From an uncultured Holophagales bacterium (lineage in GTDB: Bacteria > Acidobacteriota > Thermoanaerobaculia > Multivoradales > UBA5704): DNA of 64,000 bases. The notes below the pieces were generated by a model. That model had not been told where the DNA came from and did not search any database. It worked only from the letters and a program-made list of their open reading frames with translations. Every line of letters starts with the position of its first letter. The first letter of the stretch is position 1. The stretch is from the NCBI GenBank assembly GCA_963842525.1, contig CAWJGT010000034.1:512001-576000 (forward strand), written 5' to 3'. Below, piece after piece: positions 56,858 to 64,000 of the stretch. The position numbers and the translations under genes were made by a program.

Positions 56858-57003
56858 CCTGTCACGCGGACTTCGGTGCCTGTCACCCGCTTCGCCAAGC
56901 GCGACCGCGCCTCCCGGTGCGTGTCACGGGGACCGTGGAGCCTGGGACGCGCACCGCCGGGCCTGTCACGCGGACCACGGTGCCTGTCATCGGCTTCGCG
57001 AAG
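56858..57003. repeat. Degenerate tandem array, 7 units of about 21 bp (CCTGTCAC core)
   Basis: Units start at 56858, 56879, 56900, 56920, 56941, 56962 and 56983. Confidence 0.7.
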
Positions 57004-57047
57004 CCGGATGCACCTTGCCGGGTCCAGTCGCAGGCACCACGGTGCGC

Positions 57048-57425
57048 GTGAAGCGCATCGCGGTCCCCGGCGGGACCGGCTATCTCGGAGAAGCCCTGAT
57101 CCCGCAGCTGCTGGCCCGGGGGCACCGCGTCCGGGCCCTGGCGCGGCCCGGGTCGGAAGGGAAGCTGCCGGCCGGCTGCGACGCGGTCCTCGGCAACGCG
57201 CTGGACGGCACCTCCTTCGCCCGCGAGGTCGCTCCCGCGGACACCCTGGTCCACCTGGTCGGGGTCCCGCATCCGGCTCCCTGGAAGGCGGACCAGTTCC
57301 GGAAGATCGACCTCGTCTCCGTGCATGCCTCGGTGGCCGCAGCCCGGGAGGCAGGCATCCGCCACTTCGTCTATCTCAGCATCGCGCAACCGGCTCCGAT
57401 CATGAAGAGCTACGTGGCCGGTGAC
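57048..57425 (+). pseudogene. Truncated atypical SDR / NAD(P)H-binding protein
   Basis: PGGTGYLG, HRVRALAR, HFVYLS; similarity is lost after KSYVA. Confidence 0.7.
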
Positions 57426-57512
57426 GAAGACGTGTCGTGGCTCTGGGCTGCTCATCGTCCCTACTCTACGCGGCAGGAGGACTCCCCGGATGGACCCTGC
57501 GCGAGCCCTGGT

Positions 57513-57576
57513 CCCTCACCCCCGGCCCCTCTCCCATCCGCCCTCCCTTCCCCCGGGAGAGGGGCCGGGGGTGAGG
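57513..57576. repeat. CCCTCACCCC...GGGGTGAGGG palindromic REP-like element
   Basis: Long hairpin CCCTCACCCCCGGCCCCTCTCCC...GGGAGAGGGGCCGGGGGTGAGGG. Confidence 0.8.
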
Positions 57577-57688
57577 GACCAAGGCGACGCCCCCCAGCAG
57601 AGTTTCCAAACAACCTCTGAGATAATGGCTTCGAGGACGCGGCCGAGATCGACCGTCTCGTGCCGCCGGGCACGTCGGCCCTGTAGCG

Positions 57689-59719
57689 TCAGTCCTTCCG
57701 CTGCGGTTCCACGGAAGTGCTGCTGCCCGGCAGCTCAGCCAGGAGCTTCTCCAGGTCGGGCAGGTTGACCGGCTTGACCAGGTGGCCGTCGCACCCGGCC
57801 TCCTTCGACTTGGCGCGGTCCCCGTCCTGGCCCCAGCCGGTCAGGGCGATGACGGCCATGTCGTGTCCCCACGGCTGCTCGCGGATGCGCCGCGTCGCCT
57901 CGTAGCCGTTGAGCCGGGGCATCCCGACGTCCATCAGGATCACCTCGGGCCGGAACTGCTCGGCCGCCTCCACCGCCTCGACCCCGTCGTGCGCGGTGCG
58001 GACCTCGTTGCCCAGCAGCTGGAGCATCATCGCCATCGAGGCCGCCGCGTCCCGGTTGTCGTCCACCACGAGGATGCGCCGCTTCGACCCGACGGGGTCC
58101 GGCCAGCCCTCGGCCGACGTCTCGGGCAACGACTCCGCTCGGTCCGCCAGGACCGGGAGCCTGACGGTGAACGTGCTGCCCTTGCCCTGGCCGGCGCTCG
58201 CGGCCGTCGACCGTCCCGCCGTGCATCTCGACCAGCCCCTTGACCAGCGCCAGCCCGATGCCCAGCCCGCCGGTGCTCCGCTCGATCGACCGGTCCACCT
58301 GGGAGAACATGTCGAAGATGGTCGGCAGGGCGACGGCCGGGATGCCGATCCCGGTGTCCCGGACCGCCACGACGACCTCGTCGCCCTCGCCGCTCGGCGG
58401 TGAGCCAGATGTGCCCGCCCCGCTCGGTGTACTTGGCGCTGTTGGTGAGCAGGTTGCCGAACACCTGGGCCAGCCGGGTCAGGTCGGCGTCGAGGTGGAC
58501 CGGCTCCGGCGGCAGCGAGACGGTCAGCTCGTGCCCGGCCGCCTCGATCGCCGGGCGGGCCGTCTCCACCGCGCTGCTGACGACGTCCGCGAGCAGCACC
58601 CGGGCGCGGCGCAGCTCCATCTTGTTCGGCTGATGCGGGAGACGTCGAGCAGGTCGTCGATCAGCCGCACCATGTGCGCGAGCTGCCGGTCCATCATGTC
58701 CCGCGACCTGGCGACGGCATCCGCGTCGCCGGCGGCCAGCCGCATCACCTGGAGGCCGTTGCGGAGCGGGGCGAGCGGGTTCCGCAGCTCGTGGGCCAGC
58801 AGCGCGAGGAACTCGTCCTTGCGGCGGTCGGCCTCCTTGAGCGCCTCCACGGCCTCCCGCAGGGCCGCCTCCGCCCGCTTCCGCTCGGTGATGTCGCGGG
58901 CGATCTTCGACGCCCCGATGACGCGGCCCTCCGCGTCGCGGATCGGGGAGACGGTCAGCGAGATGTCGAGCCGGCGGCCGTCCTTGGCCACGCGGACCGT
59001 CTCGAAGTGCTCGATCCGCTCCCCGCGGCGGAGCCGGGCCAGGATCTCCCGCTCCTCGTCCAGCCGCTCCGGCGGGATGATCAGGGTGATCGGCCGGCCG
59101 ACGGCCTCCTCGGCCGTGTAGCCGAAGAGCCGCTCGGCCCCGGCGTTCCACGACCGGATGACGCCGTCGAGGGTCTTGCTGACGATCGCGTCCTCGGACG
59201 ACTCGACGATGGCCGCGAGCCGCGCCTGGGCCTCCTCGGCCCGCCTGCGCTCGGTCACGTCGCGGAAGACCAGGACCGCCCCCACCGGGGCGCCGAGCTC
59301 GTCCCGCATGGGGGCGGCGCTGTCGTCGATCGGCCGCTCGGTCCCGTCCCGGGCGATGAGGACCGTGTGGTTCGCCAGCCCGACGACCACCCCTTCCCGC
59401 AGCGCCCGCAGGGCGGGGTTCTCGACCGGCTGGCGGGTGTGCTCGTTGACGATGCGGAAGACGTCCGGCAGGGGCCGGCCCGCGGCCTCGGCCTGGGTCC
59501 AGCCGGTCAGGGCCTCGGCCACGCCGTTGAGGAACGTCACCCGGCCCTCGGCGTCGGTGCTGATCACCGCGTCGCCGATGCTGGCGAGGGTGATCCGCAG
59601 CCGCTCCCGCTCGGCGGCGAGCTCCCGCTCGGCCCGCTGGCGGGCGAGGAGGATGGCTCTGGGCGTTCTGCAGCGCGACGGACCGGAGCCGCTCGCTCCT
59701 CGTCGTCGTTCGCCGCCAT
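57689..59719 (-). CDS. Hybrid sensor histidine kinase (2 PAS, HisKA, HATPase, receiver), several apparent frameshifts
   Basis: SIGDAVISTD, SWNAGAE, LAHELRNPL, NLLTNSAKY, DTGIGI, GLGIGL, ILVVDDN..MDVGMP. Confidence 0.88.
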
Positions 59720-60792
59720 CACCCGCCTCCGAGTATTTCCGACGCGAGGGCCGTGCCGAGCACCCGCGCGCGGATCTTCGCGAACGCCGTGTCGCGGGTC
59801 GTCGACGTGTCGTCGCAGAACGGCGAGAACCCGCAGTCGTCGCGTCGTGCCCGAGCTGCTCGACCGGGATGTACTCGGCCGCTTCGAGGACCCGGTCCCG
59901 GACCTCCTCCGGCGTCTCGACGCGCGGGTCGATCGGCGCGACGACGCCGACGAACACCCGCTGGTCCGGCTTCATGTGGTCGCGGATGATCTTCAGGACG
60001 CGGACGCGGTCCTTCTCGCCGGCCAGGGCGATGTAGAAGTTCCCGGCCTTCAGCTCGAACAGGCTGGGCAGCAGCTCGGCGTAATCGACGTCCGCGCTGT
60101 GGGTCGAGTCGCGGTCGCCGCCCGGGCAGGTGTGCACGCCGATGCGGCTGGCGGTCCTCGGCGGAGAACCGCGACAGCGCGAGGTTGTTCAGGTCGATGA
60201 AGCTGTGCAGGAGATCCCCGGAGGGGTCGATCTTGACCGCCAGCCGCCCCTCCGTGAAGTCGATCTGCACCTTGTGCGCGCCCTTGCGCAGGCAGGTGCG
60301 GACCTCGGTCTCGTGCTCGCGCAGCAGGTCGTCGATGAACTGCTCGCGGGAGTAGCCGGGGATCTCGTCGGCCGGGTACATGAGGCTCAGGGCCGAGGGC
60401 GAGATGACCGCCTGCTTCACCGGCATGTGGGCGTACCGCAGGGCCACGTCCAGGTAGCTGTCCGCGTGCCGCTTGTAGCGGAACGGGCCGGCCGTCAGCC
60501 GCGGCATCCGGCGGATGTGGCCGGCCGCGAACGGGATCTTGAAGCCGTCCGGGGCCGTGTTCGGCAGCCCGTGGACGCAGTACGTCCAGAAGTTGTGGTA
60601 CTTCCGCTGCTCGCCGTCGGTGATGACCGGCGAGCCCGTGGCCTCGAACCGCTCGATGGTGTCCCGGATCGCCTCCTCGTAGAGCGGGTCCAGCCTCGGG
60701 TCCGCGCCGTCCGTGGCCGCGACCGCCTCGATCAACCTCAGCGGCCTCGGGATGCTGCCGATCGGCTCGGTTGGGATCGTCATCCTCTTCAT
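59719..60792 (-). CDS. Cobalamin-independent methionine synthase II family protein (apparent frameshifts near 60148 and 59850)
   Basis: TEPIGSIPRP, ITDGEQRK, VQIDFTEG, HTCPGGD, DDCGFSPF. Confidence 0.85.
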   Translation of the reverse strand: MKRMTIPTEPIGSIPRPLRLIEAVAATDGADPRLDPLYEEAIRDTIERFEATGSPVITDGEQRKYHNFWTYCVHGLPNTAPDGFKIPFAAGHIRRMPRLTAGPFRYKRHADSYLDVALRYAHMPVKQAVISPSALSLMYPADEIPGYSREQFIDDLLREHETEVRTCLRKGAHKVQIDFTEGRLAVKIDPSGDLLHSFIDLNNLALSRFSAEDRQPHRRAHLPGRRPRLDPQRGRRLRRAAAQPVRAEGRELLHRPGRREGPRPRPEDHPRPHEAGPAGVRRRRRADRPARRDAGGGPGPGPRSGRVHPGRAARARRDDCGFSPFCDDTSTTRDTAFAKIRARVLGTALASEILGGG

Positions 60793-60843
60793 TCGCAAGG
60801 ACGATACCATAGCCGGCGCGTTGGCCCACGATATGATGCGGCC

Positions 60844-61665
60844 ATGGCCGACCTCCAAGGCAGGACCCTCTTCATCACCGGCGCGAGCCGCGGCATCGGC
60901 AAGGCGATCGCGCTGCGCGCCGCCGCGGACGGCGCTAACATCGTCATCGCCGCCAAGAGCGCGGAGCCCCATCCCAAGCTGCCCGGGACGATCTACACGG
61001 CCGCCGAGGAGATCGAGGCCGCTGGAGGCAGGGCCCTCCCTCTCCAGGTCGATGTCCGCGACGAGGAACAGATCCAGAAGGCCGTCGAGCAGACGGTCGC
61101 CACCTTCGGCGGGATCGATGTCCTGGTCAACAATGCGAGCGCCATCAACCTGACTGGGACCCTCGAGACGCCGATGAAGCGCTTCGACCTCATGTGGTCG
61201 GTCAACGCCCGCGCCACCTTCGCCTGCTCCCAGGCCTGCATTCCCTGGCTCCGGAAGTCCCCCAACCCGCACATCCTGACCCTTGGGCCGCCGATCAACC
61301 TGGACCCGAAGTGGTTCAAACGGCACACGGCCTACACGATCTCGAAGTACGGGATGAGCCTCTGCGTCCTGGGGATGGCCGAGGAATTCAGGGACGACGG
61401 CATCGCGATCAACGCTCTCTGGCCGCGCACGGTCATCGCCACCGCCGCCATCGCCATGCTTCGCGGCATGGCGCCGCCCGAGCGCTGCCGCAAGCCCGAG
61501 ATCGTGGCCGACGCCGCTCACGTCGTCCTCACCCGCGACAGCCGCTGCTGCACGGGCAACTTCTACATCGACGAGGACGTGCTGCGGGAGGCCGGCGTCA
61601 CCGACTTCGAGAGGTACGCCGTCCAGCCCGGCCAGCCGCTGATGTCCGACCTTTTCCTGGATTAA
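60844..61665 (+). CDS. Short-chain dehydrogenase (HSDL2-like)
   Basis: TGASRGIG, NNAS, YTISKYG, NALWPRT. Confidence 0.92.
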   Translation: MADLQGRTLFITGASRGIGKAIALRAAADGANIVIAAKSAEPHPKLPGTIYTAAEEIEAAGGRALPLQVDVRDEEQIQKAVEQTVATFGGIDVLVNNASAINLTGTLETPMKRFDLMWSVNARATFACSQACIPWLRKSPNPHILTLGPPINLDPKWFKRHTAYTISKYGMSLCVLGMAEEFRDDGIAINALWPRTVIATAAIAMLRGMAPPERCRKPEIVADAAHVVLTRDSRCCTGNFYIDEDVLREAGVTDFERYAVQPGQPLMSDLFLD

Positions 61666-62012
61666 GTCTTCTCCGCCCGGAGCTGGTCGATGGTGTCGAA
61701 GGCGTGGCGCAGGTGGGGGATGACGATGCTGCCGCCGACGACCAGGGCCACGTTCAGGGCGTCGTACAGCTCGTCGTCCGTCCAGCCGACCTCGATGCAC
61801 TGGTCGAGGTGGTAGTCGATGCAGTCGTTGCAGCGCAGGACGGCCGAGGCGACCAGGCCCAGCAGCTCCTTGGTCTTGCCGTCGAGGGCACCGTCCCGAT
61901 AGGCGGCGCTGTCCAGGTTGAAGAAGCGCTTGATCCCGAGGTGGTCGGTCCCCAGGATGCGCTCGTTCATGCGCTCCCGGTAGGCACGGAACTCGTCGAT
62001 GGATTGAGACAT
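61662..62012 (-). CDS. Carboxymuconolactone decarboxylase / AhpD-like protein
   Basis: ALDGKTKELLGL..S...RCNDCIDYH. Confidence 0.9.
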   Translation of the reverse strand: MSQSIDEFRAYRERMNERILGTDHLGIKRFFNLDSAAYRDGALDGKTKELLGLVASAVLRCNDCIDYHLDQCIEVGWTDDELYDALNVALVVGGSIVIPHLRHAFDTIDQLRAEKT

Positions 62013-62021
62013 GTGTCCTCC

Positions 62022-64000
62022 TCAATTCAAGCCTGGGCGGGGCCGGCCCAGGAGATGGTGCTCGAGCCAGTCGAGCTCGGTCAGGAGCTTGGTCCGCTTG
62101 TGCGAGGGCTTCTGGAAGATGTGACCCTCTCGCGGATAGATCAGCAGCTCGACCGGCACGCCGCGCTGGGTCAGGGACCAATAGATCTCCTGGCCCTGCT
62201 CCGGGCCGTCGAGCTCGCCAAACGTGATCAGTGTCGGCGTCTTCACCTGGCCAGTCCGGCCGCTGGGCGACTCGGTCCAGTACCGGGTCACGTCCTCCCA
62301 CGGGGGCCGGGCCAGGTAATAGCTCTCGGCCCAGAAGGCGCCGCGCGGCGAGCCGGCCACCATGGAGATGTCGTCCCACCGCCCCGCCCCGGTCACGGCA
62401 GCGCGGAACAGGCCGGTCCGGCCGATCAGGCAGTTCGTCAGGGCGCCGCCGCCGCTATAGCCCGACACTCCCATCCGCTCGCGGTCGGCCCAGCCCAGGG
62501 TAACCAGGTGCTCCGCGCCGACGATCACGTCGGCCGAGGGACGCGAGCAGCGATGACCCTCGATCGCCTGCGTAAAGGCATCTCCCCGGCCGGCGCCGCC
62601 CCGGAAGTTGGGAGCGAGCACCAGGAAGCCGCGCGAGGCCAGAAGGCCTGGGTAGGAGACGAAGCTCCCGCCCAGCGAGATGGTCTCCGTGCGAGCGACG
62701 CCGAAGGGGCCGCCGTGCAGGCTGATCACCAGGGGTAGGCCCTTCTCCCTTTTACGGCCCGGCGGCCAGAGAAGGACGCCCTCGACGATATCTCCTTCCC
62801 CGTTGCTCCAGGAGATCGTCTCGATGTCCGGAGCCGGATGACGGTCGAGGACCGCGTTGAAATCGGTCACAGGCCGGGCCGCGGAGATCCGATCCAGCCC
62901 GTCCGCCAGCCAGACTTCTGGAAAACGTCGGTCATAGCGGACGAAGGCGATTTTCCCGCCGTCACGCGAGGCCGTGAGGCGTTCGATGGTCCCATGGTGG
63001 TCAAAGAGGATCTGCACCCGTCCGGTCCCGGGATCGATCCGGTCGATCCGCATCCTGGTCGAGACGAGCGCCGTCACCAGGACCGAGCCGTCGGCGAGGG
63101 GGACGGCTTCGATCACGCTCCCCTCCAGGTCCGGGGCGACGCGCACGAGACGGCCGTCCGGCTCCATTCGATAGAGCCGCCTCTCCGTACTGGTGTACCG
63201 CCCTTCTTTCTGCTCTCCTGAGCCTGTGATCAGAAGGTCGCGGCCGGCCCAGAGGAGCTGATCCTCGGAGGTCCAGTTGCGGGTGCGCACCGGGGAAGCT
63301 CCCGGATGTCCCAGAGACACGATCGAGGCCTCCCACTCCGCCACCGTCCCCACGTAGCTCCCGGCAGCAAAGGCAATCCGGCTCCCGTCCGGAGAGAGAT
63401 GGATGCTCGCGGGATTGGGCTCGATGGACAGGATTGGAGCCTGTACGGCGAAATCGACCCGGGCCAGCCGGTAAAGAGCAGGCCCGCGGGCCGGCGGAGG
63501 GGGCAGGCGGCGGACGTCCCCCAGCAGCTCACGCCTTGCGCGAGAGGCCCGCAGCTCCGATTCGGTGGGAGGAGCCACGGCGGCAAGGATGACCCCGGAG
63601 CTGTCCGGCAGCCAGTCGTGAGAGAGGACGCCCTCCTCGAACCGGGAGGGATCGGTCAGCCGGCGCGGCTCGCCCGCGACCGGATCGAGGGCATGGAGCT
63701 GCGGCGCCTCGTCCCGCGAGGAGGCTGAGAGGAAGGAGAGGAGGCTGCCGTCCGGCGACCATCTCAGCTCCCAGACCGGGGATGGTGCGGAGGTCCGGCG
63801 GACGGGCCGGCCCGGCTCTGGGCCCGCGACATCGACCAGCCAGAGGGCGTGCTCCTCGATGTCCCGGACCGGGTCATCCTGCCGCGTGACGAAGGCAAGC
63901 CGGCGACCGTCGGGAGACAGGGAGACTTCGAGGAAGGCGACCTCGCCCAGATATACGTCGATCGGATATCCCGGCTGGGCCAGGGCCGGAGGAGCGAGCA
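62022..64000 (-). CDS. S9 family (prolyl oligopeptidase-like) peptidase, 5'-partial, apparent frameshift near 63560
   Basis: LSPDG/WSPDG propeller repeats, LHGGP, GYSGGG, GELD, YPREGH. Confidence 0.88.
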   Translation of the reverse strand, partial: LAPPALAQPGYPIDVYLGEVAFLEVSLSPDGRRLAFVTRQDDPVRDIEEHALWLVDVAGPEPGRPVRRTSAPSPVWELRWSPDGSLLSFLSASSRDEAPQLHALDPVAGEPRRLTDPSRFEEGVLSHDWLPDSSGVILAAVAPPTESELRASRARRELLGDVRRLPPPPARGPALYRLARVDFAVQAPILSIEPNPASIHLSPDGSRIAFAAGSYVGTVAEWEASIVSLGHPGASPVRTRNWTSEDQLLWAGRDLLITGSGEQKEGRYTSTERRLYRMEPDGRLVRVAPDLEGSVIEAVPLADGSVLVTALVSTRMRIDRIDPGTGRVQILFDHHGTIERLTASRDGGKIAFVRYDRRFPEVWLADGLDRISAARPVTDFNAVLDRHPAPDIETISWSNGEGDIVEGVLLWPPGRKREKGLPLVISLHGGPFGVARTETISLGGSFVSYPGLLASRGFLVLAPNFRGGAGRGDAFTQAIEGHRCSRPSADVIVGAEHLVTLGWADRERMGVSGYSGGGALTNCLIGRTGLFRAAVTGAGRWDDISMVAGSPRGAFWAESYYLARPPWEDVTRYWTESPSGRTGQVKTPTLITFGELDGPEQGQEIYWSLTQRGVPVELLIYPREGHIFQKPSHKRTKLLTELDWLEHHLLGRPRPGLN

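Overview
A very GC-rich bacterial window. The NRPS style, ADOP-type permease remnant and XRE regulator suggest Acidobacteriota (Thermoanaerobaculia-like); this is inference only. Many single-base frameshifts look like long-read errors. Positions 1-48.4 kb hold a large NRPS locus: three multimodular NRPS genes, a single-module NRPS with a degenerate C domain, a stand-alone thioesterase and a B12-dependent radical SAM methyltransferase. A mobile/defence island interrupts it at about 13.1-22.4 kb, bracketed by duplicated gene 3' ends. The island carries an Abi-P2-like reverse transcriptase (HRDD motif, long structured leader), a REPIN, three tandem copies of a TIR-bounded REP/HUH (Y1) transposase cassette sitting in a fragmented PIN gene, and an IS110-family element inserted in one REP. 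That element's 3' non-coding end contains a readable bridge-RNA-like structure whose guides match its own target and donor sites. Also present: a TTA-targeting MITE with a 63-bp (3x21) repeat array, two further ~21-bp arrays, palindromic REP-like elements inserted in frame in NRPS linkers, several TA modules, an MscS-FHA fusion, a membrane pseudokinase, a secreted 6-Cys peptide and ordinary metabolic/signalling genes at the right end. No rRNA, tRNA or CRISPR array was found.
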